In this document: in pieces, positions 37,374 to 50,253 of the stretch
How positions within the stretch are numbered: the stretch's first letter is position 1
Layout: the number at the start of each line of letters is the position of its first letter
NCBI RefSeq assembly: GCF_001194135.2
Contig: NC_069002.1
Location: 37,055,471-37,119,470 of the forward strand
Direction: 5' to 3'
Length of the DNA: 64,000 nucleotides
DNA from: Octopus bimaculoides
Lineage: Eukaryota
The notes under the pieces: model-generated
Told to the model about the DNA's origin: nothing
The model's database searches: none
What the model saw: only the letters and a program-made list of their open reading frames with translations
Position numbers and translations under genes: made by a program

Positions 37374-40300
37374 TAATAGTTTCTAATTTTGGCAGAAGGA
37401 CTTCAATTTGGTTGGAGGGAACCAGTTGATTACACTGTCTCCAGTGCTCTGCTAGTAACTACACTGTCTCCAGTGCTCTGCTAGTAACTTATTTTATCAA
37501 CCCCAAAAGGATGAAAGGTGAAGATGACCTTGGAATTTGAATTCAGAATGTAAAAGCCAGAAGAATTGCCACTCAGCATTTGCAGATCAAAAATGTGTAA
37601 GGGACAATGATGTATTACTTGGTAATAAGCTTATCCACCTAAAATAGATAAAAGGCAAAGTTGACCAGTGGGATTTGAACTCAGAACATAAATGGGCTTT
37701 AAATATTAATTTCTAATATAAGCACAAGAGCCAGAAATTTTGTGGAAGAGAACACTCTAATATTTGATTGGTAATTTACTTTACTAAACACCAACAGGAC
37801 AAAAGACAAAGTCAATATCAATGAGACTGAATTCAAAATACATGCAGAAGCATCAATGGGTGCCACTTTAGCAAGCACCCATTGCTATCCATGCAATCTT
37901 CCTGGCCATTTACACTTTAGCATGCTTTCTAACCCTAACCTTAAACCCATTCCTAACCCAGATCAACACCCATCAATGTATATCCTTAACACAATGAACA
38001 GAAAACCACCCAGATGGCAGTGTTTCTGCACGTATTATGTTGCAGATTAAATATATTCTATTCTTCTCAACATCTGATGATACTTACATGAGCCACCCGG
38101 ATGGCAGTTCCAAATTTGATATAACCATTTGGTTGGACTTGATGTAATTTTGATAATATCCTGCCCACATCCGTTGTTAATGTAACCAGAACTTTCACAC
38201 TAGGAAAATGAAAGCAATGAAAAGAGTGGGGAAAAAGAAGAGAAAGAGATTACGTCAATTTCATGTTTTCACGATCTTGTATTGTGGGGAGAGCAAAATG
38301 CTCATTGCCAGGTTTGTTTTTGCCTGAGCAGGTTAAAGTAAGAGTTGTAAATGTCTGAAATGTTGCTAGGTGGTCCTTTAACCTTTTGTCAATCCTGATT
38401 GAATAGAACTATGATCAAATGTTTTCTAGCAAGAACCACTTTTGTCTTTTATTCAGACACAGTAAATCTAAGATCACATTATCCAATGCAGTAGAGAATG
38501 CGAATAGAATTTTTATGAAATAAAATTGTACAAAATGGATTTAGTACAGTGCAGAGGAGTGAGAAGTAATAAAGGAGTGATGAGGGAGTAAAGCAGGTTG
38601 GCATACTGTCAGCAGGTTCAGAGCATTGTAGTAACAGTAAGAAAGACAGGGAGTGGACAATGTAGTAGTAGTTGCAGTGATGATGAGTGATGCGTTCGCT
38701 ATCAAACACACAGCCTCCTCTTAGATACGGTCTATTGTGGTTTGTGTGTGTGTATGTGTACACACACTAGATATAGAAGGGCATACTTATTATGAGCAGT
38801 TTTGTAAACCAAGCCACAAATTTGATATAGTGAATACTTATAATGGTCACTTGAGAGCAAATAGTGGGGTATCCAGCAAATATGTGTGAACTGGGAAAAT
38901 GTAATCTAGTAATGACACACACACACACAGAACTCTCTGAGATTAGTATCTGTGCTTCACTGATGCTAACTCAAAGGACTTCAGATAAATTCAAAGATAG
39001 AAGAATATAGGATTGCAGTTCTTTGAGTCCAAAGATCACAAGGAAGAGTGGCACACTCTCTGCAAATATTTTCTTCCTTTCTTAGTTGTTTTAAAGTGAG
39101 AGTCAATCCATCCAATCGAATCCCACTCTTTAGGCTTGGAGCTCTGACCCCAGTGGTTCAGACCTGCCAAGCCAGTGACCAGCAAGCTGTAGGTTTTTAC
39201 ACTGGCATGGTTTTCTCCCAGGTGAATTACCTTACAATGCTGGAGAGCTCCACCTGACCTGAAGTTGCTGGAAGGATGTCAAACAGGGCACTGGACCACT
39301 CACTGATTTGCTGTTAAGGTTCACTCTTCTAGCATTTTTCGTTCCCAAGGTACTTACAAGGCAGTGAGGGTTTGTGCTTGAAGATTCTTCCATAACATTC
39401 TAATTAATCCATAGCCGGGGCCCTCTCAAGGTGCTAATGCTCCCTGTCAGAGTACACTTGGGAACAAAACCCTGGAACTCCCTGAACTCCCAGGGATCCA
39501 CTACTGGATGCAGTTTTAAGTCATACCAGAAGAATATAGAGACACATAGTTGAAAGTCAAATGTGAATTGAGAAAAACAAAAAACTAAAAATGATACTTA
39601 CTCAGACATAACTAATAAACCAACATTATTTTCTGGGTTTGATCGTGTTTTTGATAAACAAACAACATTGACAGCATCTTGCTGAGCATGAAGCCTTGTA
39701 GGGGTGTAGTCCCCATTTCTCATATAATCACTGTTGTCGACACTACAGAGAGAAGGACACAATCGACAATTGTAGAATGAATACTGGAAACATTTAGAGA
39801 CACAGATAAAAAAAAAAAAGAAATTGCAATTCAAGGTTGATAAAGGTAAATTGCAGCTGAGAAGATATAAACTAGGAATTGTGAATAGAAAGAAGAGTTG
39901 GGAAGTTAAAATTGTAACTTAGGACAAAGAAGACTATTTTTTCCAGTTTTGCCAAGTTGAAAACATAGGTACAATTATTTCTAATTTATATATGAGTAGG
40001 AAAGACATACATTCAAATGCACACACCATACACAATATAAAAATGTTACTTTTAATCTTTTAAATGCAAGAAATGATTCAGTGAAATCTTCATTATCAAT
40101 AATATTGTGTAAGACATTTTTTTGTCCTTGAGTAGCAACAGTTATTTCCGATTTGCTTAACCCTAGAAAGTATGGAAAATGGCTAATATTTCCTTCAAAC
40201 TTTGCTTTTCTTACATTTATTTAAACCTCTAAGAATCTCTCGAAATACATGGCTATCATGCTTCCCCACTACTCCTGCTCAGAGATGCACATATCGTCAG

Positions 40301-42145
40301 CCACTGAGGGACATGTTCAAGCGGTTAAGGTCAAGCAACTGACAAGCAAATCTGTGATATTGAGCAGAATATTTGCTATAATGATATTTCTGCTTCAGCA
40401 ACTCAGCACTGAATCTGTGTGAAATGTAATGGAAAATAGGTTAGTTTCAAAACATTGATGTCCAGATCACAAAGGCAAAGTTTGAAGGGAATAGTAGCCA
40501 TTTCCTTTGATTTCTAGATGGAAGCAAATAGGAAATAACATTTACTGACCAAGGACAAAAAAAAAAAAATTTTAATTTTGTTACACAATGTTATAATAAT
40601 AACTTGAGAAACAAGTGGTAGGCTACCTTATTATTCCCTCCCCTCCTTTCTTCTTTCACCCACCACACCACCACTCATCAGCAGTCCTGCCTTTTCTTTT
40701 GTCCAGAGCAGTGGTTCTCAACCATTTTTCCCCTATGATACCTCTTGATCCCTGTTTCACTCAGACGACCTTTCATAATCATTTGATGTTTAAAAAATCC
40801 TATTATATTTTTCTTCATCATCAACATTTAATGTCCATTTTCCATGCTGACAGGGGTTAGTACGTTTGACAGGAGCCATCCAACCAGAGAACTGCACCAG
40901 GCTCCAGCTGTCTGTTTTGGCATGCTTTCTATGGCTGGATACCCTTCCTAATGCCAACTACTTTACAAAGTGTACTGTACTTTCGATGTGGCACTAGCAC
41001 AAATGCTCCACATGTGGCATTTGTACGAGTGCTTACTACATGGCACTGGCATGAGTACACCTTATGTGGTGCTCATATGAATACTTTAACATGTAGCGCT
41101 GGCATGAGTGCTTTCCACATGGTGCCACAAGCTCCTAAGACAAGGACCTTTTGGCTAAGAGAGAGAGTGGGAAGCATGGCCATAAAGAACCTGTTTTACT
41201 CAGCTTGATACTTTCTCAAGCACAGCAAATCGCCAAAAGTCTCGGTCCCTTACCATCTTCTCAGTAAGATCCAATGTCTACAGATTCTTTCTCACCACTT
41301 TGTCCCATGTCTTTTCTGGTCTATCTACAGGTTTCTTATACTGCTACTCCCCAGCCTTCTCAAACCGCCACTTCTCACCTACTCTTTCCCAAGTCACTCC
41401 CTACATCTTTTGTCCCCAACCTCCCCATACTGATATTTACCAATGACCACACCTTCACCTCTACTTCCTCACACCCTTACTTTGCTATACACTGAGAGTA
41501 CTCTCTAACTCATGTATAATACTGTGTAGCCATGTGTCTGCTCTGTAACAAGGTACCAGTGCCTGTCACTCTATCATAATTTTAGCCTCTCACCACCAGG
41601 CATAAACCCCTCTCCCTCTCTACCGAGGGGGCTTTTTCTTTGTCTTGTGAGTTACTTGACGATCTCACTAGTGCCAGCATCACGGGAAAAGCACACAATA
41701 CACACTGTAAAGTGGCTGGCGTTAAAACGGGCATCTAGTCATAGAAACCATGGCAAAACAAACATTTGAGCTCAACGCGGCCCTCCGGTTTGTTGGATCC
41801 TGTCGAACCCTTTCCAGAGTGGAAGACAAATGTCGAATGATGATTATATACATACATAATCAATATAGTCGTTGGTTATGGCTGGTCAGAGAGATACCAT
41901 TGGTTTCGTATCTATAATGCTCTTAGCGGTGACTTGTAATTATTACGGCGAAGGTAAAGAATACGCACACAGGGTGACAAGGGCTTTTGTTACCCCGAAA
42001 ACGGGTGGTGTGCGTATTCTTTACCTCCGCCATTATTACTGCTCTAAAGGTTTTAAGAATGTGCTTTTCAGACTTATGAACAACTGACCGATTATTGGTT
42101 ATGTGCGTGCATGTGTGTGTGTATATGTATATGCCTATATGAGGC

Positions 42146-42233
<88 letters not shown>

Positions 42234-42263
42234 NNNNNNNNNNATATATACCTGTTTGAGAGA

Positions 42264-42294
<31 letters not shown>

Positions 42295-42724
42295 CCTGTT
42301 TGAGTCTCTGTGTGTATACACATATACATATATATATATACACACACACTTGTGTGCAGTGTACGTGTTTGATAGATGTAGATTTCAATCTTACGGAACA
42401 GTAAAAGAATTTCGTTTAGAGATAGCATATAATAATAATAATAATAATTAATAATAAAATGCCATTTAAAAGAAGGTAAAAAGAACAGTAAAAAAGCTGA
42501 ATGGAAAAAGGAAAAAAAAATGAGAAAATTTTCTGCAGCGTCAGAAGCATGTCTGAGAGTGGATGGATGTAATTGTGGAAGAAGAAACGGTGGACGAAGG
42601 GGAAATATTCCTTCGTCGGTTGCCGAAAACGATTTTCCGTAGAAATTTTCTGTTTAGAAACCAAACAAGAAAAGGAAATTAGTTGAAATTCTATTTACCA
42701 GACCATCGTACTTTCGATCACCAT
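30055..42724 (-). CDS. PSMD4: 26S proteasome non-ATPase regulatory subunit 4 (Rpn10/S5a), about 404 aa, 11 coding exons
   Basis: Exons 42724-42699, 39742-39602, 38199-38088, 37071-36985, 35505-35437, 34628-34567, 33612-33459, 32996-32888, 32083-31865, 31567-31506 and 30228-30055 (1215 nt, all phases match). Starts [20 protein letters not shown] (vWA domain). UIMs [14 protein letters not shown] and [14 protein letters not shown]-terminal [17 protein letters not shown]. Confidence 0.98.
30600..30830 (+). mobile_element. Possible fragment of a restriction-like-endonuclease non-LTR retrotransposon
   Basis: [26 protein letters not shown] resembles the RLE C-terminal DL..E....GW.V...P...GARG pattern (recalled). 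Confidence 0.4.
35579..35810. mobile_element. MITE-like fold-back element, about 230 bp, with TA at both ends
   Basis: Outer arms 35579-35636 and 35753-35810 (58 nt, 3 mismatches). Inner arms 35656-35697 and 35709-35750 (42 nt, 4 mismatches). 11-nt loop. Confidence 0.85.
41947..42031. repeat. GC-rich 24-bp inverted repeat with an internal hairpin
   Basis: ggcgaaggtaaagaatacgcacac (41947-41970) versus the reverse complement of 42008-42031, 1 mismatch. Inner stem gggtgacaag/tttgttaccc. Confidence 0.85.
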
Positions 42725-43010
42725 TTTGTCGGATTTTTTTTTTTGTTTAAAATAATAGTCCTGCTCTAAATATTTCGGGTCATATGATACATTAATATAT
42801 TTACGAGCAATGGAAAAAAACAAAACTGGAGAAACATTTTTTTGGTTATTTGTATAAAACACTTAATGAAGTATTCGGCAAATTTAAGTAAAGATTAAAT
42901 TATTTAATTGTAACTTTTGTCTTTCATCGTGTGTCTCATTTCCTTTCACTGCTGAACGTGCAACAGTGAATTGTAAACTTCCGCTATAAAATGCTGCCGT
43001 GTTAACACCG
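42725..43010. promoter_or_regulatory. Putative bidirectional promoter of PSMD4 (-) and RCCD1 (+); includes a probable non-coding RCCD1 exon 1 ending at 43010
   Basis: PSMD4 ATG at 42724 on the minus strand. Strong plus-strand donor CCG/GTAAGT at 43011. The region is locally CpG-rich. RCCD1 coding exon acceptor at 44659. Confidence 0.6.
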
Positions 43011-44049
43011 GTAAGTTTCGTTTTTAAATAATTATCTTTTTTAAATGACACAAGTCATCAAATATATATAAGATTAGAAACGAGACTGTATGAGGTTTAC
43101 ACCTTTCTCATATACATTTGATGACATAAATAAAAGGAATTAGCTTTAATAGGTTTTTTATGATACAGGTAGTCTTCAATGATTTATTGAATAAATATGT
43201 GGCAACTCTTTTATAGAATATGTCCTTCTGCGTAGTTGCCTTCAAACGATTTCAGATTGGAAAATTGAATATAATAATAATCCTTTCTTAACCTCATCAA
43301 CGTGAACTGCTTTTGTTCCGTATATTCAGTAAACAAATCTGATATCGATCGATTTGTTTACAATCGCTCCTGGATTGCAGACGATTCATGTCCTTTATAT
43401 CGATTTGAAAATCTGATTACCATTTAAAACCACTGAAATAACCAAATTCTATTTACTAATTAACATATCTCCTCACAGAAATTTTTATTGGTTGTTTTAA
43501 ATGTCACATTCTAGAATGAGCTGAAGAATATTAACCATTCTGGATGGTAACGTCCGACCCATTCGGAAGAGCTGATATTGTGGAAGTCGGGAGAAAAAAT
43601 GATTTTACAGTCAATGTTGTTGTATATTGATAATCACTATTGAGAAGAAAGAATTCCAGGTAATTGATAATTCACAAAAAAAAAAGAAAGAAAAGAAAAG
43701 AAACTTAAGCTCTCAAGAATCTGGGGAAAAAACAGTTTATTTTTGGAATTTAACCAAAGAAGGGGAAGGATTTTCCATCGTCATCATCGTTTAACGTCCT
43801 CCTTCTATGCTGGTATGGGTTGGACGGTTTGACAGGAGCTGGCCAGGCAGGAACCTGCACCATGCCTCTGTGTCTGTTTGGGAAAGCAGGATGTAGTTTG
43901 GTTTGTTGGGGTTGGGTGTGTGAAAATTTTATTGTTACGTGTAGATGAACACAACGCCTCTAGAACTCAGGTTTGCTGATGTGGGTGGGTCTTCTCAAAA
44001 ACCTTATATCACCAGACATCTCAGTCCATTGTCATTTCCTTCTGTGAGG

Positions 44050-44480
44050 TCCAACATCCTGAGATCGGTCCTCACCACTTCATCCCATGACTTCCTGGGT
44101 CTCCACCAATCCAGCATCTGATGACACTATCCAGCGGCATTGACCTGCCTCTCCAGGTGCACAGTCACAAACCTACCGATTTGTCGGCTTTGATTTTGGC
44201 CTCTGCAACCAACTCGCATTCCTTTACTATGGAGTTGACTGTCTCGACTTTGGAGGCATCCGACACCATGATGGTGACATCGTCCATGTATGCTGATGCA
44301 GGTAAAATGTATCCCAGTAGTCATAGGTGCATTGGGAACTATTCCTAAAGATCTGAACAGATGGAGAGAGGAAATAGGCATAAAACCCAGTTTAATACAG
44401 CTCCAGAAAACTGTGTTATTAGGGACAGCCAGGATACTTAGGAAGGTTCTTGGCATCTAAGGTTACTTGTTGTAGCCCGA
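44050..44480. mobile_element. Mosaic of three LINE fragments: RTE 3' end (-), L1/Tx1-like RT (-) and R4/Dong-like 3' end (+)
   Basis: Minus strand: ASAYMDDVTIMV...AEAKIKADKSVGL (YxDD RT motif). Plus strand 44301-44460: VKCIPVVIGALGTIPKDL...LQKTVLLGTARILRKVLGI*. Minus strand at about 44060-44105: RPRKSWDEVVRTDL-type. Confidence 0.7.
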
Positions 44481-44660
44481 TAGGAGGGTTTTTGGCATCT
44501 AAAAATGTTAGGGTTCTTTTCTTTTCCAACAGTCTAATTTGTTGAGTGTATATGAAAATAATGATAAGTAAGCCTTAAATTTGTGCTTGTTAACTTTGTA
44601 TATTTAACATATTTGCTTTCTATTTTTTTTAAGTGTAAAACTAAATATATAAATGTCAGG

Positions 44661-46655
44661 ATGTCTGAAGTTTGGGCTTGTGGTTTTAATGGATTTTCGC
44701 AACTGACTGCTGATTCCATAGAATCAAAGATAAAAACTCTTCAAGCAATTCATTTAGGTCTTGAAGATAAAGAAAAACTTACTGAATGTGAAATATCCTG
44801 GTCTTTTATTGCTTGGCTCACAGGTAAGCATCTCATTCCTATTTGCTTTAGTCAATGGTTCTCATAAAACTCAACCTGCTAGAAATAGCAACCAAATCAC
44901 ACCATATTGTTTTAATTCTTTGACTGTGAAATTAAATTGCATGGTTATTCCAATAACAATGTTAAATGTCTATCAAATACTTTATTTTCAAAATTAATTG
45001 ACATAATGGCTGTGTATATATAACAGAATTATGGTAACAAATGGGTCTAACTGGCCATTTTGGTCCTACTAATTGAAGATATATATTTCTATATTTCTAG
45101 ACCAGCACCGATTGATAACATGTGGCTTCAGTCCTGATAAACTTGATTCCAGTGTTAATAAGCCTACTTCACAAGCCACAACCATTTCTGTGTTGTCATC
45201 ACATCTCATCATAATGGATTCCAATTCAACTCTACAAGAATGGCGGCATGGCCGCTTTATGCAGGTTTCATTGAAAGGTGTGGAAAACTTCAAACCTAAG
45301 CAATTCCATAGTAAAGAAATGAATTGTGTTGCAATCAGTGGTATGTGCTAAATATTCTTTCTAAAAATATTCCTTATTTTGTTTCTGAACTATGTTGCTT
45401 TATTGAACCAAGTTCACTTATTCTATCTCAGGATTGGTACAGTTGTTGCCTTTTCTAAATGGGTGTGAAGCCTAACATTTTTACGGGGGTTGCTGGAAAG
45501 TTCCTGGCTCCAAGGGCATTGCAAAAGGCCTGGTTGGAGGCCCAACCTTCTGAGTTTCTTTACAGGGCTTAGAAAAACTGAAAACTCACTGCAATAGGTG
45601 TGTGAATCTGAGAGCATGCCTACATCCCCTACTCCATCACTGTTACCTTCCCAGAAGATTTTATACCTATGTACCTTGCCTGTGAGGACCCTGACTGAAG
45701 CTCCTCGCCACCTTACCTCTTGTATGCAGCATACATCAATTCGTCTCCGTTCAAGCATCTCTAAAATCTCACTAGACCTAGCATTCAATGTGCCTACATT
45801 GACAGTGCCAACTCTAAAAACTGATACAGTTCTATATTTAAGAGATGAGGAATTATGTACATTATTTACAATTGTAAATAATGTAAATAATGTTCTAAAA
45901 ACTGGGAAAGGAATGTGGGAAGAGGCATGGGAAGGAGAGATGTTATTTGCTGTAGCCCATCCAAGACAAAACAATGTATATGATAACACTTCCAATCAGT
46001 TAAGATGAGAAGCTATGGGAGTCACTGCCTGGTCCTGCAGCAGGGCATTTATTATTATTATTCTTATTATTGTTATTATTATTAATGAGGTACCTCACCA
46101 CCTTCTGCTCTGTTGTTTGTTTTTTTAAGTGAAAGGTTATTGTTTATTTTGCAGAAGAGAATATTCCAGTTGAAATTAGTCCGGTTTACCATCAGTCATC
46201 CATAGAATACATCTGCAAACCTCTTCCACTGGGGTGTGCCATCAGATCTGTGGCATGTGGGGTGGATCATGTATTAATGCTATCTGACTTTGGTTCTGTT
46301 TTTTCCTATGGATCAGGAAGGTTTGTTGATTGTATACTTCATTCCTGTCATACTTACTGTGTTCTATGTTGTCTATCATTTGTATTTAGAGTACATACTC
46401 TATTAGTGGGGTATACACACACAAAAACATATAAATATATTTATATAATTATATGTATTTCTTCTATCTTAATGAATAAAAATTCTTTGGATAGAATAAA
46501 TGGGTTAATAGAAACCAATGTAGCAAAGAATACAAAATAACTGTGGTGTAGTTCCTGTTTTTAAGGCAGGAACTCCTTGAAATTTTGGGTATTTGAGTAT
46601 ATTTAAAAATTTAAGGAATGGAGAAAATGCATGTTATAATTGCATACTTTATTCC

Positions 46656-46687
<32 letters not shown>

Positions 46688-49677
46688 NNNNNNNNNNNNN
46701 NNNNNNNNNNNNNNNNNNNNNNNNNNNNNNNNNNNNNNNNNNNNNNNNNNNNNNNNNNNNNNNNNNNNNNNNNNNNNNNNNNNNNNNNNNNNNNNNNNNN
46801 NNNNNNNNNNNNNNNNNNNNNNNATATATACATATACATATATATATATATATCAGTACATATTGTAAAGCTGAGTTTGTGAGTGTGTGTGTGTGTGTTG
46901 CATCTATAGAAATCCACACCATATCAGAAAAGTTAAACTTCTCCCATTCTGTCTACAAATCCAGTTATGCTCAGGTTCAACATTAAACTAAAACAATACA
47001 AAGAAACAAGCAAAAATGCTTGTTCTAAAATCTAAGAGATCAATGAAGTAGATGTACTGACAAGTAATATTTGTAGCCACTTTAACATGGCTGTCCATTT
47101 GAACAGACTCTACTGCAATTTTTTAACCCCAAGAGGACATCTCCTCTAGCTGGTTAATGGTGTACAGCTGCATCTGATAGAATTGCAAGCTTGGGAGCGA
47201 ACTTCTACTATCACTTAGCGACAGGACCAGTAGACCAGTCCTGGTTTCAGGCTACTTTTGCTACTCCTCAGTCGTGGGTACCTTGTCTACTAGTGATGAT
47301 AGCTAGAGATGTCCTCTTGGGGTTAAAAAAATCACAGTAGAGTCTGCTTGAATGGACAGCGATGTTAAAGTAGCTACGAATATTACTTGTCAATACAAAG
47401 AAAATAAAATTATATCTAACATACTCACATTGATTGCATGTAAGTTGGAATATTTCTAATTCTTATTTTGACAGCCGAGGACAAACTGGTCATGGCACCA
47501 CAGAAGACATTTGTGGGCAACCCAAAGTTATTGAAGCGTTGGAAGGTGTCAGAATGGTACTAATAGCTTCAGGAAATTGGCATTCAGCTGCAGTGTCAGG
47601 TAACATCATTTAACGTCTGTTTTTCCATGCTGGCATGGGTTGAACAGCTTGACAGTCACTGGTAAGGCCAGGAGCTATACCAGGTTCCATAGTCTGTTTT
47701 GGTTTGGTTTCTACAATTGGATGCTCTTCCTAATGTCAACCAATCCACTCTATATCTACTCTAGCTAACTCCACGCAGTCTTCTACTGATATTAATCCTC
47801 TTCCACCTTCCTTTCTAGGTAAGTATAATCTTGCTAATCCTGCCCTTGGGTAGACTCCTCCATTCATATTGAATTCCTCCTTAGTTCTTCTGTCTAGCTT
47901 TGCTAGATGCATTTCCTGACCCATCTAGAAGAGAAGTGACTTCAAATATGAACTGACTCAAACTTAGACAACCCATCTGACCCATGCCAGCCTTGAAAAC
48001 AGACATAAAAGGATGATAATCTGTTTCAACTCTTATTTTTTTTTTGTATTTGACAGAGTTTGGAGATTTGTACATGTGGGGATGGAATGAATGTGGACAA
48101 CTTGGCATCCTGTGCAGGAAAAATTTGGATCATGAGTTTAAAATTACTGACGATTGCAGTCAAAAGAATGATGCTGTAACAATTCAAGCTCTGCCATATT
48201 TAGTGCTGCCACCTGATGACAAGGAAGAGGATATTGTTGTAGCTAAAGTCGCTTGTGGTGCACGCCATACTGCTGTTCTGACAAGTAAGTATAAACTTCA
48301 ATATGATTTTACATATATAGACACAGGTGTGACTGTGTGGTAAGAAGTTTGCTTTCCAAACACATAGATTGGGTTTAGTTCCACAGCATGGAACCTTAGA
48401 CAAGTGTCTTCTACTGTAGCCCTGAGTCAACCAAAGCCATGTGAGTGTATTTGGTTGGCAGAAACTGAAAGAAGCTTGTGTATATGTGTGTGTGTGTATT
48501 TTGTTTACATCCACATAACTTAGTGATTCAGCAAAAAAGACTGTTAAAATAAGTACTAGACTTAAAAGAAATAAGTCCTGGGGGTCAATTTGTTGAACTA
48601 AATCCTTCAAGGTCTACCCCAGCATGGCCACAGTCTGATGAGTGAAACAAGTAAAGTATGAAGTATAAAAGATATAAAGTTGGTGCAGCCTGATGTAGTC
48701 TTTTATTAGTCTCCTGCTGTCAGTCATAATTGTCAATTATTACAATCAACTTTTATAATTAATCAAATATATTTTTTTATCTTTATCAAGTGATTGGATT
48801 AATGCTTTTTTTTTTTTAAATGGTGATTTATTTCCCTTTTAGTGATGTGAACACCTTTTGAGGCATTTATGTTGCTATAATAGAAAAATACCTACCCAAA
48901 AAAGCCTCTCTGTGGAACTTAACCACATGGTATCCAGTTCAATTCCACTCTGTGACACTTTGGGCAAGCGTCTCCTACTATAGTACTGAGTTAAGCAAAG
49001 CCTTGAGAGTGAATTTGGTAGATGGAAACTGAAAGAAAGCCTGTTTGTATATGAGTGTATTTTATTTATTTATTTTTTTTGTTAAGACATATTCCTCGAG
49101 TTCTGAGTATTTCCTCACGTCTGCAACGCAGATATTTTAAATTTTGTCTTTATATAGTGTCTGATGAGCTATCTACATGGCTTTGCCTTGTGGAGGCAAA
49201 ACCTTGGGTAACTCTATGTCCAAGATATTAAATTTTGTTGTAATAATTACTGCTCTATTCTTTAGAGTGTGCTTCTTTCTGATATATGGTTTTTTTTTAT
49301 TAACTATATATAATTATATATGCATATATATATATGCGTGTGTGTGTGTGAAGGCGCATGGCTCAGTGGTTAGATCGCCGAGCTTACGATTGTAAGTTCG
49401 AATCCCGGACCGGGCTGCGTGTTGTGTTCTTGAGCAAGACACTTTATTTCACGTTGCTCCAGTTCACTCAGCTGTAGAAATGAGTTGCGACGTCAGAGGT
49501 GCCAAGCTGTATCGGCCCCTTTGCCCTTCCCTTGGATAACACTGGTGGCGTGGAGAAGGGAAGCTGGTATGCATGGGCGATTGCTGGTCTTCCACAAACA
49601 ATTCTGTCCGGATTTGTGTCTCAGAGGGAAATTTCTAGGTACAATCCCATGGCCAATCATGACCGAAAGGGGTCTCA

Positions 49678-49761
<84 letters not shown>

Positions 49762-50253
49762 AGAGAGAGAGAGATTTATATATATATTATCATATATCTA
49801 TGATATATGATTTTTGATATTAAGTTTTTATTATAACTTGTCATATATCGCCATATGTCTATGGTACTTATTATGACATGTCATATATCGTTATATATTT
49901 ATGACATTTATTATGACATGTCATACATACCTACAACATATAAGCATTTATTACGACATGTCATATATGTCATCATATATCTATAACATACAATTTGTGA
50001 TGTTTAAGTGTTTCTTGTGAGATGTCATATATATATCATCCATTCTCTTCTTTCAGATTGCTGTAAATTACTGACTTGTGGCTGGAATGGTTATGGTCAA
50101 TTGGGTCTGGGAGATTGTTATAACAGAGACTGTCTCACTTATGTACAAGATCAACATCTTCCTTCCTTAAAATGCCAGCCAGAGCAGCTTGATATTTACT
50201 GTGGCAGCTGGAACACCATCTTAGTTCTACAGAAAACAGAAACCAAAACTTAA
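44661..50253 (+). CDS. RCCD1: RCC1 domain-containing protein 1, about 372 aa, 6 coding exons
   Basis: Exons 44661-44823, 45101-45340, 46155-46320, 47475-47599, 48057-48284 and 50057-50253 (1119 nt). RCC1 repeats: [85 protein letters not shown]. The N-terminus WACGFNGFSQ...ISWSFIAWLT fits RCCD1. Confidence 0.9.
45480..45830 (-). mobile_element. RTE-type APE endonuclease N-terminal fragment abutting a mariner-like terminal sequence
   Basis: FRVGTVNVGTL...LERRRIDVCCIQEVRWRG (APE domain motifs). TACGGGGGTTGCTGGAAAGTTCC at about 45483 resembles the terminus at 7069. Confidence 0.75.
47735..47900 (-). mobile_element. R4/Dong-like non-LTR RT C-terminal fragment
   Basis: LDRRTKEEFNMNGGVYPRAGLARLYLPRKEGGRGLISVEDCV, typical of the DRKTRK...HP....RLYLPRKEGGRGL pattern. 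Confidence 0.7.
49353..49680 (+). mobile_element. tRNA-derived CORE-type SINE, near full length
   Basis: A-box TGGCTCAGTGG (49359-49369), B-box GTTCGAATCC (49396-49405), CORE-like TGTTGTGTTCTTGAGCAAGACACTTT, ending in (TA)n. Confidence 0.85.

Noticed and set aside
37432-37489. Exact 29-bp tandem duplication
   Set aside because: Simple slippage inside a SINE copy.
41923-42451. YI/HT/CV-rich ORFs (also 15578-15874, 49485-49817, 54971-55396 and 57853-58097)
   Set aside because: Translations of (TA)n and (CA)n microsatellites.
49353-49420. tRNA-like sequence
   Set aside because: It has A and B boxes but continues into a SINE body with no complete cloverleaf, so it is not a tRNA gene.
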